Assembly: GCA_951406725.2 (NCBI GenBank)
Contig: OX597819.1
Span: 85,746,001-85,810,000 of the forward strand
Direction of reading: 5' to 3'
Source: Octopus vulgaris
Lineage: Eukaryota
DNA: 64,000 nucleotides
A program made the position numbers and the translations under genes. Shown piece by piece: positions 50,553 to 64,000 of the stretch; the first letter of the stretch is position 1, and each line of letters opens with the position of its first letter. Below the pieces are notes generated by a model. That model was not told the origin of the DNA. It saw only the letters and a list, made by a program, of their open reading frames with translations, and did not search any database.

Positions 50553-51235
50553 AGTCCTAGCACCAGTGGAGTATAAATTAAGACATGACAGAGTTGGCCA
50601 ATATCTACACTGGCTAATAAGTCGGCATTACAATATCAAAACTGCCGACAAGTGGTATAATCACCACCCTGAGGCTGTAACTGAAGGAGAAAATGTAACC
50701 ATTCTGTGGGACTTTCCAGTACATACAGACCGAACCATCAAGGGCAATAAACCAGATATTGTTGTGAAAGACCAAAACAATAAAGTTTGCTTATTGATCG
50801 ACATGAGCATCCCCTGTGATCATAATATCTCAGCGAAAGAGTTTGACAAGCTCAGAAAATATAAAGACCTACTCATTGAAATTGAGAAAATGTGGCATCT
50901 CAAGGCGGTTACAATACCAGTGATCGTAGGAGCACTAGGAATGATCAAGAAGGGAACCGAAAATTATGATCCCTGGCTTACCATCCCTGCAAGAAGTGCA
51001 AAAGATTGTCTTACCTGGTACATCACACGTATTGAGAAGAGCATTGTCGATGTGAGAACTGTTGCTGCTCATGTATTTTAATTTAACTTTAAAAAAAATT
51101 ATAAAAAAAAAAAAAAATGAACGAACTATTGAGTTTGGTTTAATGGCCTACCAATGTATACTATGAGTTTCTTTGCCCTAGGAGTCGGGAAGACACTCGG
51201 CAAGAAATGGAAGCAAATTTGAAAGAAGAAAAAAA

Positions 51236-51237
<2 letters not shown>
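50553..51237 (+). mobile_element. R4/Dong family C, 5'-truncated (REL domain and distinct 3'UTR) in (TAA)n
   Basis: EYKLRHDRVGQYLHW..ILWDFPVHTDRTIKGNKPDIVV..LLIDMSIP..KYKDL..IPVIVGALG; (TAA)n on both sides. Confidence 0.9.
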
Positions 51238-51277
<40 letters not shown>

Positions 51278-51279
51278 TT

Positions 51280-53435
51280 CTAAAAGGATTGCCGTAACTC
51301 TTCACGGAGATAAATAGACAATAACAAGAGCGCGAAGCGATTGAAGTAGCTATTTTATGGTTGAAAGATATTTCGACAGCAAGCCTGTCTTTATCGAGTT
51401 CAAAATGAAAAGTGACAAAAATTCAAAATTATCGAAATTCAAATTCAAAATATAAACGAGAGCAAGCAGCATCCACACGTTGATAAAATGACATCATCAA
51501 ATTTCAATTTTACAACTGGCAAAAGCAAAAAGAAAAAAAGGAGAAAACAGAGTCATTTTGCAAGCTCACATCAATCTAAATTTACCTCCACGTCCGCTCC
51601 GACCTTCCACATCATATAATTCGGTCAAATCCGAAATCCCAACTTTTGAGGATAAAACGGATTTCAATTTTACAACTGGCAAAAGCAAAAAGAAAAAAAA
51701 GGAGAAAACAAGAAAAGGATAGAAAAAAGAAAAACGAAAAAAGAAAAGGAAAAAGAATTTTGTGTAAATGTGATGTTATTTATTCCTCCTAGGCGTGATG
51801 TTAATAACGCCCAGGAGGAATATTTCTCCTCATGCATTTTGGGTATTGAAAGTGTAGCAGATTCATTCAGATATTTTCTGAGAATATGCACTTTCAGGTC
51901 TTTTTCAAAATTGCAACCGTTTGATGCAAAATGTTCGGCAAGTTCTGTCGAACTACTGTTATTGTGTCTGACGTCACATCTGTGCCCATTAAATCTTTTG
52001 TTCAATTGTTCTGTTGTACAACCAATATAAATGAAGTTGTGCTTCGTACATTCTGCTACGTACACAAAATGGGAATCTCTACATTTCCCACCGTCTGTAT
52101 AAATCATAATATTTCTGTTATGATTCCTGATGGAATTCGCTTGACTCATGTTGTTGCTCAATGCGGCTGTTTTTCAGGGTGAAGCGTACAGATACTCCAA
52201 TGTTAGTTTTCGTGGAGCCAGAAATAGAGGTTAATAATTGTTTTATATTTTTATTCCGTCTAAAGGCTAGAACAGGCGGCTGATGAAATATTTGTTTAAA
52301 ACGAGCATATTTTTTCGCAACATGCTGGTAACTTTCATGCAAAACTTTTGAAATGCCAGCGAAAATTCGGTGCCAGTTAAGCACTAAAAGAATTCTGTCA
52401 CATATTGTGCTGTGTTTGCTAAAATTATGGGTGAAGGGTTGATTTGCTTTGCTAATCTTAGCTGTCATTTGCTATTTCCTTTAATCGTGATTCACTGTAA
52501 CCGAATATGACATTATGGTGTACAAAAGCGTTTGCATGTTTCCAGTAATCCCCTATATCGGTTCAAATCCGTTTTATCCTCAAAAGTCGGGATTTCGGAT
52601 TTGACCGAATTATATGATGTGGAAAGTCGGAGCGGCCGTGGAGGTAAATTTAGATTGTTGTGAGCTTGCAAAATGACTCTGTCACTCTGATAAACAGGAC
52701 TTAAAGCCATAGTTTTTAGCATAACAGTCACATAAATGCAAAAATTCAATTAAATTATCCTGTGATTCTTTCCAGACAAAAAGACGTCATCAATGAACCG
52801 ATTTCAAAAGTTGCTGATTTTAGACAAAAGTATCCCGAATGTAGAAACTTGATCTAATGGCGACAGAGACTAACAAGCCATCCAGCCACTCCGAAATTTT
52901 GGATGTACAATATTCATATCCGCTGAAATTTGGGCGCATTGGAGGAAATCTTTAAAACTTTTTGTGTATTTTGGGGAGACCATAAAATACAGATGTTCGT
53001 CTTTCTGATCGTAAAATCTTGGATTCGATCTTATTAATGAAATTGTTTTCCTCCATTTCAGAATTATTTTGTCAAGTTCCTCTCTGTAATTTGAGTTTTG
53101 AGCGACAGGTTATTTTTCATATGAAGTTTTGTCACTTGAAACTTCTTCACAAGCCAAAATATACTCACTTTTGTCCATAATTACAATAGCGTCTCCCTTG
53201 TCTGCCATTTTAATAACAATAGAATTGCTATTAGGTTGATGATGGAGTGCGTAACTTTGGGAATTTGTGAGGTTATTCCAGGACGTCTTTCGTCTTGTTT
53301 GAAGGCTTTCTGACAAGATTCGAGAAATTCCAGTAGTGCTTGTGAACGTCCAGCCGAACTTTATTACGATACCAAATAGGATTCTTTTCACTCCATTTGC
53401 GCCAGATTCGATCATCATCATTTTTAGTAAGGATT
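51280..53435 (-). mobile_element. Penelope-like element (decayed RT + GIY-YIG endonuclease + 3' pseudo-LTR)
   Basis: IVIKMADKGDAIVIMDKSEY (PLE RT), YGLPKIHK-like motif at about 52965-52985, PPVLAFRRNKNIKQLL, and GIY-YIG VYVAECTKHNFIYIGCT..LNKRFNGHR..LAEHF. Confidence 0.88.
51361..51403 (-). ncRNA. Degenerate hammerhead motif in the Penelope 3' region
   Basis: Minus strand TTGAA-CTCGATAAA-GACAG-GCTTG-CTGTC-GAAA-TATC-TTTCAA: perfect 5-bp stem II, intact GAAA and stem I TTGAA/TTCAA; the CUGAUGA core is damaged. Confidence 0.5.
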
Positions 53436-53785
53436 TTTCAAATGCCTACAAAAACCACAGAGGTCACTCACTTTCTATCATCCACCCAGAAATGGATACT
53501 CCTAGAAAGACGACTAAATATAACTTCTCACATGAATATTCAGAACAATCTTTATCACCCAATAGGTTCCATGTTTTAAGTAAAGATTTCGTGCAAAGAC
53601 CAAAAGGTAGTCAGGAGTTTAATGAGAGTAAGACGCAAGAAAATCCATCACACTAGATGATAAGTCGGTTATAAATTTATCTAAACTGAAACTTTGACCA
53701 GACGATGCCTCTGTCTTGGTGCTTGGACTGAGTTTCTACCCAAGCATTATGAATTTCGACAAGGCGTTCGATGATTGCTATTCTT
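53436..53785 (+). mobile_element. Inverted N-terminal segment of the same Penelope element
   Basis: Plus strand encodes KSVINLSKLKL*PDDASVLVLGLSFYP, the VINLS..L.xGLxFxP motif that precedes PLE RT. Confidence 0.75.
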
Positions 53786-54959
53786 CGAAATAATATAATA
53801 GATGAATATGGAAGTGAAAGATATTGTTTAGGCTAAAAAGAAATAATTAATTTCAAGTTATATGAATTTTCTTTAATTGCTTATTAGTTTATGAAGCAAT
53901 CTTTTGTTTTTATTTCGAATTATAAATGAACCAAAATATTTTGGTATCACCGTAAATATCTAAAGTAAATCGTATTCATCAGCCTACTATGTTCGATCGC
54001 TATTTGATTATAAATGGGATGGTTGTAACCAAATGCTAAAAATATATTTTACATTCCATTAATATGGTTTAGCATAACATTGCGGAAGCTGGAATCCATT
54101 GCCGAAAGTAACAAATTATGAAAATGCATATGTATGATCATACAACTTTTAAAAACAAATAAAAGCTTAATATTCTGGATCTGTCTGTGAAAGGAATATA
54201 TATATTAAAGAAAAATCTTATAGAAATTGTAAGTTCCTATATGGAAAAATATACCCAAAACGAAATTGAAATATTTTGAGAAGATATATTACATACAAAA
54301 TCGCGAGACGAATATCGTATGGATTTAAAATGATAAACTCGAAAGAAATAAACGATAAAAAAAAACAACTAACACACTTCAGTAAATGAAATGTTTAAAA
54401 AACGTAGATGTAACTTATGTTCTTAAAAAGTGAAATTTAAGATGAAAAAAGGGGAATGCCCAAAAGCTATATAAAATCTTTATGTGAATGGGTATTGATT
54501 GACTTCGGTATAAATTTCCAAGAATTAGAAAATATTCAACTTTGATGCCGAATGAATGAATAATGAAAGAAAAACAATGATAAATACCCGTAAGAGTAAT
54601 GGTGTAATACCCATATCGAAGAATCTAACGCACATTAATTAAATTTGATAGACGAAAATATCTGGGATTAGATAAAATCCAGTACTTCTGGATTAATTTT
54701 TGATCAGAATTACTCTTTTCCATCAATACTAATCCAGACAGATAGCACACAGTTAAAGAAATGAAGCCACGTTTCTAATCCCCACGAAGTAACAACTTCC
54801 GAATCCCTCGAGTTTAATGGCCAAGACTACATTTTCCTTCCCATTCATTTTGATATTTACACCAGGAAAATAAATTTATTATCACGAGTAAAGACATTTG
54901 CCTTAGGCCATTTTCCAATAAAATCAACTCTTCAAAAATATTGAAACGTGATTAATGCA

Positions 54960-55780
54960 CGAACTGTTAATCGTAAAACATGTTTTGAACATCTTTAGTT
55001 TTCGAACTTGAAACTTTCAAGAATACATGATTTGATATCACGAGGGAAAGTTTAACGAAAAACAGATCGAATGCAGCAATAAAGTTCTTGCACAAACTTT
55101 TTGCTCGATACGGTGTTCCGGACACCATAGTATCGGACAATGGAACAGAATATGCGGGATACGAGTTCAAGAAATTCTGCAAAATGCATGTTTACTCCGC
55201 CCTGCCAGCCGAGGTCAAATGGGCAAGCAGAACGATTCGCAGATAATTTCAAGCGAGCGCTACAAAAATAAGTAATGTTTTAGAAAATGATGAAGTTCTA
55301 ACTAAAGGGTCTATCTTGAGGGTGTACAGCATAACGTCCAATCCAAATACCAGTTCAGACAAGTCGCCTGCAGAGCTAATGGTCGCTCAAAAGATTAAAC
55401 CGATCTTCGACAAATTGTTGTCAAAGGAAAAAAACGTATAGACAAAATACAAAAAATTCAACTAAACATTTTAATTTCGAGGACAAAGCCCATTTGAAAG
55501 TATAAAAAAAAGGTAAAGAGAGTTGACAGGATGGTGTAGTGATTAAAAGAATTGGAAACATGATGTATTTAATAAAAGGCCAACAATGGGAGCATAAACG
55601 ACACCTAAATCAATTAAAAATCAGACATACAGAACAAAGGAAGGAAATTCTAATGGAAGTGTTTTATGACATGTTCGATATGCCAGCACCGAAAGAGATT
55701 GAGCCTAGAAGGAGAAGAAACAAAAACGTAAACAGACTGAACATTTAGAAATAATTCCTAAGCGGGAAAGGTACTGAACA
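54960..55780 (+). mobile_element. Ty3/Gypsy integrase relic
   Basis: LFARYGVPDTIVSDNGTEY..EFKKFCK..PRSNGQAERF (rve core) and a downstream KRHLNQLK motif; frameshifted. Confidence 0.8.
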
Positions 55781-57599
55781 TTTACCAACAAGAACCCTTA
55801 ACAAAAAAAGTTTGATAAAAAACTGTTCTGCGTTTAATATAGACTACAAGCTGACTTCCCACCCCCACATGCTTTAATAACTGTTAAGTATCAACCAATA
55901 TAGACAGAAAGAATAACTGTTTGAATTATATAGCTATTGATTTGTGAGACTAATGGTGTTACCTCATATAATTATAATTATGTTTATACCGCTCGGTAAT
56001 CGAAAATCATATGGGAAGAAAGTGAAGCACGCTTCATAGGAAAGCAAAAATACTTTGTCGCCAATATACAAAAATTAACAAAGCAAATAAAGATTATCCC
56101 ATCCAACGCAAGGTTAAAAGGGGAACCAACAGTTAGCATTTGGAAGCATGCAGAGACCAGCATCGCCAAAAGTGACAAGACGGTACGTGGCAGATTTGAC
56201 AACAGCTGCATAAAAACTACGCCTCTGTGAAAAAACAAATCTTACATCCATATTCTTTTCCTAAAACACGACTTAGATTACATTCATGCGTAAAATTTAG
56301 AGAAAGGATATCACAGATCTTATTCTAAAAATGAACATGACTTGCATATTCATTCTTAACATGTTCCAGCAGATTTGAAAACATATATACTAATTGCTGT
56401 TGTTATTTATCATTGAAGAACAACTTTTCCTTTTTGACAAATGTGTGTTCAGAACATGCTCAATTCATTAACATAAGTGGACTCTGGAACATCCTTTGTT
56501 CTGACATCTTTTTGTCCCGTGAGCCAAAGGCATCTCGAACTAATGCATCTAATAAGAGTTCGTGGATCTTGTTTATAATTTCAGCAAACAAATTATTTGC
56601 TGATGCATGCTGATATCTGCCAACGCAGAATAAAATTGGTCTCCAATGACAAAATACAATTGCGATTAGCATATCTCTATTCGAATATGTTGGAACATAT
56701 TAAGACTGATCATGCAACCCGTCGTCTTGATTTTTGACTTCCCCGTGCACGTGACGATTTATTATCAGTTTATAGATACCAGCACTCATAAGAAATATGC
56801 CGAAGACCCGTAAACACTTGTTCAATTTATTAGGCTTCTTAAATCCGTTAGTCAGTTTTTTGCTTACGGGACGCCACGATGAAGAAACGTGTTCGAATCA
56901 GCAAAAGCATATTAAATGCATATACAAGTCAGTGTTTGATCCTCGACATTTACAGAGCATATGGCCATTTAGTAAAAATGAACAATATACCTGAAATCGA
57001 AATGGAAAACTTAAAATTAAAATACATCAGAATACATAAGTAAAACGCACATGCACTGAACTAAGGCAAATCAATAAAACAAACTACGTGCAAGTAAAAC
57101 ACGAAGATAGACCTCACATCAGCAAAAAAAAAAAAACGAAGGTAACATCAAAACATCAATATAACTCAGCCCTAAGTACTCTGCGGATAGTGACGAACAA
57201 CATCTCATATACAATATAAACATGAAAAGTAATGTGACAAAGATTTAAAAATAAAAAAAATTATAAAGGTAGAAATCACGATTATGATACTATAGTTTAT
57301 ACTTGTTTAATAACTTAAATGAACATAACGTTCTACGAATCAACAGAAATACCTATTATTTTTAAAACTTAGCTATGAAATAATAACATCAATAAAAAGG
57401 TTAACCAGACTATCACAGACCTAATGAAAATAACCCGAATGATGATATTACCAGATTCAACGAAATATGCTGTAGCAGCCAGTCTTGTTATTGTAGAAAA
57501 TAAATACTCATCCACTCCTTAAGATAGTTTCATATAGGAATATAGAAAGAAAAGAATGAAGTATACACAAAGAAATAAATAATGGTTTTCTCAATCATT

Positions 57600-59420
57600 A
57601 TTTGAAAGACAATAATAAAGAAAGGAACGGCAAGCGCTATAGAGATATGGTATAAAATATTTGAAAAGACAGTTACGCGAAATGAAAAACTAGAAGATAC
57701 ACTAAATCGCAAAGTCTTTGTCTGTAAGAAACGCGATATCATGTCATGGAACCAAACAAAAATTTGTTATCGAAGACTGGGTAAAAATAAGATTGAAATT
57801 TATACAGCGCTGACAGTAAGAGAAGTATACGAATTCCAGAGACGGGTATCGATAATAAATTGATTAGCGCGGAATGTGACTGCTAAATTATGAATGAATT
57901 CTAGAGAGTCCATATCAGCTGCCCTGTATCCTGCATATTGCAACTATCACACAGCTAAATGTTAGCAACATATAAAACAGCAAGGTGATTGCTAAATATT
58001 CCATAAATATAGAAGTGGTTTTATTTATAAAGTAGTTTTTTTTTATTAATTTATACCATTCGAATTCTCAACATTGAAGTGAAGGTTAATTCTAAATGAT
58101 GCATTCTTGCAGTTTACAAAGCATTAAATACAGTAGTATTTGTAATTCATAGAAATAGAGTTCAGGAAAAATATTTTCAAACGAGCAAAAGTGATTCTGT
58201 AAAGGTATACATGGCAAAATGAGACCGATTACATATAAACAGAGCAGTAACCAAAAGCTGTAGGAGGAACAAAAGTCTAAGCATGACATTACAGAAGGTT
58301 TATTACATTTTCCGACCTGTGAAATATTAGCCAAAACGAATAGGCAAATATATGCCCCATTAGACGCAAAAAGCTACAAATCCCGTAGATGTAGAGAAAA
58401 AGACGGTGTTATCAAAAACAACCCAAACCTTTCTATGTTAGAATATTCTAAAAGAACTTTTCTTCTCACTCTTTGTTCTTGTGTGCCTGCATCTTTATCC
58501 AATATGTTAAACAAAAGTGGACAAAAGTTATAGAACAAAGCGTGGTCTTTTTTAGAGCGACAATTTCGCGTAATATACGAGGTCGGACCACAAATTATCG
58601 GGACTGTTGCTATAAAAGGAAAACTACAACACATACCAATTCACTATGTAATCACCTGCGAAATAATTCCCTTCTGAAGCAATATGCCTCATTCAGCATC
58701 GTTTCAATTCAAGGGCGAATTCTTGGAACTCCTTTTTGAGTATAGCGAGCAGCTGCCACGTCTCCTCTTGGATTTCTCCGATGTGTTGAAATCTTGTTTG
58801 GGAACTTCTACTGCGAAGACTGAGTCATGGTTTTGAAATCATAGCCATAGACCCACGATTCGTCACTTGTTATAACCGTTTTCAAAAAGTGTTCGTCTTC
58901 CTCGACATAATCAAAGAGATCCTTGGCAACTGAGATCCGATCTTCCTTTTGAGACGACCACATACTACAAACTTTACTTCCAAGCACTACTATAAACAAG
59001 GAAAATGAGGGAGAACGTTATAAAATTGTGTGGCCGAGGTGAGAGAGTCCAAGGATAATCTGTACAAAGCAGGTTCACTCTGCGTACTATAATTCTGCTA
59101 CTATAGCAACAGTTCTGATACTTGTTGCTCAGCTCTGTTATTGCATGTGATAAACAACTGATATCACTGTTACGAAACCCATGCTGATTTCCTGGAAGAA
59201 TTGATGAGATTCGGATTAGAATAAAATTTATTGAGAAGACTGATATCACGCTCAATGAAGAAATAGATATAAAAGAGTTAGATGAAACACAGGTGTACAA
59301 ATACCTTATAATCAACGCACAAGTTGTCAAATGAAATAAATGGTTAAGGAGGAGTATTATAAACGTATTCAATGCAATACTTAAATGCAAAAGCAAATGC
59401 ATGCTAAAAGAATGAATACA
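57600..59420 (+). mobile_element. Scattered, very old R4/Dong fragments (interrupted by a mariner)
   Basis: NQTK..RRLGKNKIE near 57750 and IKELDETQVYKYL..KEEYYKRI near 59270-59370 parallel the family A protein. Confidence 0.45.
58576..58975 (-). mobile_element. Internally deleted mariner transposon (3' end with TIR)
   Basis: FLKTVITSDESWVYGYD..TQSSQ (first catalytic D motif), C-terminal IASEGNYFAGD and a mariner-like terminus TACGAGGTCGGACCACAAATTATCGGGACT next to TA. Confidence 0.78.
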
Positions 59421-60254
59421 ACGAAACATAAAATAAAACTAAGGCGCTCATTCATTTTAACTCGCTAGTTAAACTCTGAAATAAAACAACTATAACGCGT
59501 AAAATGTGAAGTTGAGGCTTTCTGTAACACTAGCAAATATAAAATATCCAATTCAGGACTAACAAATATCTCAGAATAAACGATAATAAATAGTACAAAT
59601 TATTGTAAAATGCGTGCAAAGAAATAGAAAAACCTACTTATACCTTCATGGGTGTCAACATACACAGAAGATGAAGTGACAGGCAGCTGCCCGGTGAAGT
59701 GAGAAACACCGGAAGAAATTTAAACAAAAGCTAGAAACTAAATAAAATTTAGGGAAACGGTGTACCATATTAAAATAGCCGATACCCGAGAAGAACTGAG
59801 CCGTATTAGACGAAGAAAAGTTGTAGTTCCATCTGAGAAGTATAGCATGTGATTCTTGATTACGAAAATGCGAAAAAGGAATACAATCTTCCCAGAAAGA
59901 AATTAAAAGATATCTTTATCAGACATAACAAATGAGATCTTTGCAATTTGATGCACACCTCAGTCTCTTGTAATTAAAATATTGCCAAGAAACATGTAGA
60001 AAAACTGTTGAAGTGAAAGGATCTTTAAATGCAAATAAACACGGTGTAAAATAAACATTAGGAGGGATTGATATGGTAAAAAAAGACACAAAAAGAGTAA
60101 ATCATACCAATGCTTATTATACACTATCTTCAAAATAACCACGTAATAAAATGTTACTACGTATATTTTACATAAACGGTATCCAACACTATGACACACA
60201 CCGTGCATTACAAATAATATACTACTCATAATCTACAGAAATGTGACACAATTA

Positions 60255-60483
60255 TGGTCTCAAATTATGGCACAGGCCAGCATTTTTAAGATGTGTGTGT
60301 GTGGTGGTGGTGGGGCAATAGGTTACATTAACCTGAGTATTTAACTGGTACTTATTTTATGAAACCCGAAAAGATAAAAGGGTAAAATCGACATATGTGA
60401 TATTTGAATTCAGAATCTAAAAACAAGAAATGCTGTAAAGTATTTTGTCCGGTGCGCTAATGATTCTGTTAGCTTGCTCTCCT
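60255..60483 (-). mobile_element. SINE family B diverged copy
   Basis: GGCACAGGCCAG..ACTGGTACTTATTTTAT..ATTTGAATTCAGAA..TGCGCTAATGATTCTG matches the family. Confidence 0.7.
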
Positions 60484-61192
60484 AAAATGCCAAATAATAA
60501 TATGGAGCCTTGCATGTCCCATACTTACCAAACAACTTTGCAACTTATGGCTGACAGAAGATATGTGAAAAACAACCACAAGTCATAAAATAACGCAGCT
60601 AACGCTTCAACTCTAGCGTAGCATCATACGTATCAGTGATAAAATTCTAAATTATTGGCACCCGCACAAACAACTAAAATTAAGTCAAAACATGAACCTA
60701 CATATTACTATGTTAAATGGTTGCAAGAGAATAATACACGATGCTCAATCCTTAAATTCTTTCGCTTTTCTTGTGCCTTATCGCTCTTAGCGCGCTACTG
60801 GTCTAAAGACCACTGTTCCCTTTTATGTGATAAGGGACATCAGTTTTTGATTCATGCACCGTATCAATATAAAATCTGGAGTATGAGCGTTCTTTCGTTG
60901 TTATGTGTCTGTTTATTGGTATTGCTTCGGTGCGTTTTCTTTTTATTATCGTAGATGTCGGCGACGGTGGTGTGGGGTTCGTGCTGTGAATTTCTTTGGG
61001 TTTTTTTAGTGTGAGGTTATCGAGAGTGTATGTTTCATTTTTTATAATTCCCCTTTATTCTATCTTTGTTTTTCTTTTAATTTTCTTGGTGAACCATTCT
61101 CCACGGAAGACCAGGTTTCTATCTCGGAAAGATTAGATGTAGGTAAGGAGGTGATGTGCGACTGTTTTTGTTTTAATTGTCGTTGTGAGAGC

Positions 61193-61232
<40 letters not shown>

Positions 61233-62227
61233 GAGAGAGAAAGAAGGAAAGAGAGAGAGAAACTTGGCTTTGCCGACACACAGCGGTACAGCACCGTTTT
61301 CCGTTATTTGCTGCCAAATCCGACAGGCAATAAAGCACACATTTTGCAATACACCGCTCCGAAACACTTTTTCTTTGGCTACATTCGATCCTCGTCTAAA
61401 AGGTGTTTTCGCTTGCAATTCTCACGAAAGATGTATTATTAGTACCTGCGTTGTTATCACGCAAGTTTTGATTGTTGTTGTTACTAGCACTTGAGTTTAT
61501 ATTTTGCAAAATTTCATTTTCATATGTCACATTGCGAGTGTATTTGTTTCCTTGCTATTTCTTTCTGTTACGTTTTCATTTTTGTGTTATTTTCTTCTAA
61601 GAAACCTAGGCAGTAGTGATATTGAGAGAAAATCTTTGAGAAACAAACAAAAGAAGCTGAGTAGAATATGCTAAAATAACGTGCAGTGTGATGCTCTCAT
61701 CCAAAAGCATGTTCTAATTGCTTAGAAAATCGTTTAGAAAGTAAATGTTTCACATTAAGTACATTTCCTTGCGTAACTTTCTAATAGAACAAAAGTAATG
61801 TTCTTCAATATGAGTCCTAATTTTTGATAAGTATTCTATCAATGATACGAGGCCATCATCACGTTGGTAAATGATATAGAATTTCATGATTTACCGAGTT
61901 TTACAACTACACAAATCGTTATAAGTTAGTCTTAAGGCTCTATGACTTGGAGGTTGTTTTCCACTGTTCTTCATTCACATTGAAGAATTAAAAGTGAAAA
62001 ATTATTTGTCGTCATTAGAAGCTGAATATTGATTCAACCAACCGAAATAAATGGGTTAATATAATATAGTAATGAATAAAATCATTTCGCAGATAAACAG
62101 AGCGAAAATAAATCCGACGTTCTCATACATAATAGTCAAAAGAAATACAGGAAGGCTTTTATAGTAATCCTATATCTAAGTAGCAGTTTTTACATAGCAT
62201 GTTGTGTTTAAGTCTCCTTCGACTTAG

Positions 62228-63700
62228 TTCTTCTTCTTCTTCTTCTTCTTCTTCTTCTTCTTCTTCTTCTTCTTGCCTTCGTTTTGTTATCTACGTACAA
62301 ACTTATTCAGCCTCACATCTCTCTCTCCTCCTCATCAATTGTCGCGGATGCCACTTTTCTTATTGAGGTGCTTGGCTGCCCAGTTTTCCAATCCGGAAAC
62401 GGAGGACAAGACCATTACTTCCTCTACCCTTCTTTCTTTTGTCCACCTATGTCCATTTCATATTTTCAGGTATGGATCACATAAGGGATTCCTTTTATGG
62501 CCTCATTTTTAGTTTACTCGTTAGCTCTTTTAACTTATCCGTTGTTGCTTCTTATTTTCTTATAACTACCTACGTGTGACACCCTGCTTTGTAAAAGTTG
62601 GTTTATTTAATGATAAAAAACAATTATTTCTTTTTGCTCGTGTTTTGTAATCTTTTATTAAATTTTCCATTCTTTTCTAGACACTTTTGTAGTCCAACAG
62701 TGGATATTTTACGATAGATTTCTAGATTATCGAGTCCCTTTGTATTTTCGATAAATAGAATCTCTATAAATATTATAACTATAAATATCTGATTTTGGGC
62801 GGTGTGTTCTAGATGCTATCACTATATTATTTTTCTGTTTTTGTAACTCGCTTACCACCCCCACTCCAGAGTATATCTATAACATATTATTAGGGTAAGT
62901 AGAATATAGGGTATTGTCGTATTCCTTTTTGCATTTATGTTAATTTTAATATTAATCTACGGTGTCTAAAACTTCTTTTCTAATCTTTGCTTTCTGTTTT
63001 GTATGTTCTAGAATACATCATTCATTGATTCCAAAGTATATGTATGTTGACTGTGGGTCCTCTAGTACCTCTAGTACATGTTGCTACTAGTACCTTGCGT
63101 GCTTATTGAATTCTACTGCAATTTTATGTTCTGGTACCTTTTAATTGTAATTTTGGCACTGTGTAATTTTATTCTTTTGCTATTGTTCCAGTGTTGTGGT
63201 CATTATTTTAAACAATCTTTTCCACCAAATCAAAACTATTTTACTCTTCTTGGTGTTGGTGCTACATTGACTTTATTTTAACCCTATTGTTGATAAAATC
63301 ATTTTGGATTGGAATGGAATTGTTCGTTCTATTACAGAGCTATTGGCGGAAAATGATAAGCGAGGATCTCTTGTTCAGTTATCGCATGTGGAGCGCATCA
63401 GACAATCAGCTGAATGAATAGTGTAGATCGCTCCACCACCCACATTTAACAAAACAGAACAGGCGGTGTAACTCTGTCTGTTGGCTAAGGCAAAAGAGTG
63501 TGGTAGACAAGGTCGAAAGAGTTGAAGAGAGACACCTTCTGATTCGGTGAAACCTTCATCGAATTTTTAAAACTCAATTTGGAAAAGGAAATGAGTGTAG
63601 AGAGCAAAGTACTACTTTCCCCCCGGGTGAATTTGTGAAAAAAGAAAGGATGAGTGAGTATGGCAATTCACTGTCATTTCTTTCTCCGCATCTTTTATGT
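62228..63700 (-). mobile_element. Possible old RTE-like LINE ending in a (GAA)n tail
   Basis: (TTC)n at 62228-62273 is direct; the upstream minus-strand protein similarity is faint. Confidence 0.3.
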
Positions 63701-63744
63701 AAATCTCTACAAAAACTGTTGACTATCCTTGTGATGTCCTTCTC

Positions 63745-63910
63745 ATCAATGCACCGGTAGGTAATAAAGAGAGGTTACTATTTTATGTACTTAATTTATC
63801 GACACCGAAAGGATAAATGACAAAGTCGACCGCAACGGAATTTGAACTCAGGATTTAAAGACGGACGAAATGCTGCTAAGCATATGCCTGGCGTGCCAGC
63901 TCACCACCCT
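63745..63910 (-). mobile_element. SINE family B copy
   Basis: TACTTAATTTATCGAC..AAAGTCGACCGCAACGGAATTTGAACTCAG..GCTAAGCAT. Confidence 0.8.
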
Positions 63911-63914
63911 CTTA

Positions 63915-64000
63915 AGGACAAATACCCAAAGGAATCAAATTATGCTGATGTTGACAAAGCATTAATGGTTAGTGTCTTCTAGCGGAAAAACAGAGGCAGA
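63915..64000 (+). mobile_element. R4/Dong family A fragment running off the window edge
   Basis: CAAATACCCAAAG..TGCTGATGTTGACAAAGC parallels 18812-18900. Confidence 0.6.

Noticed and set aside
55984-56994. Several short ORFs of coding-like composition
   Set aside because: No motif could be named; probably old TE debris; needs BLASTx.

Overview
AT-rich, repeat-saturated eukaryotic DNA, most likely intronic or intergenic. The SINE, Helitron and microsatellite content resembles an Octopus (coleoid cephalopod) genome; this is inferred from recognising the repeats and was not verified by search. No complete host gene is visible, only one weak exon candidate at about 24.5 kb. The window is a nested graveyard of mobile DNA. 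It holds at least three families of restriction-like-endonuclease (R4/Dong-type) LINEs, repeatedly embedded in (TAA)n tracts and stacked in tandem; one young, 5'-truncated CR1-type LINE with an uninterrupted ~830-codon EN-RT frame; several decayed L1/Tx1 elements; Penelope-like elements with degenerate minimal hammerhead ribozymes; non-autonomous and decayed autonomous Helitrons; Tc1/mariner, MULE-like and Ty3/Gypsy relics; about five tRNA-derived SINE families; and many microsatellites, which generate most ORFs in the track. The most notable structures are twin-priming-like inversions in a Dong element and a Penelope element, several templated inverted insertions, and a Helitron whose empty site is preserved in a paralogous block. 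Boundaries of decayed elements are approximate and were read by eye.
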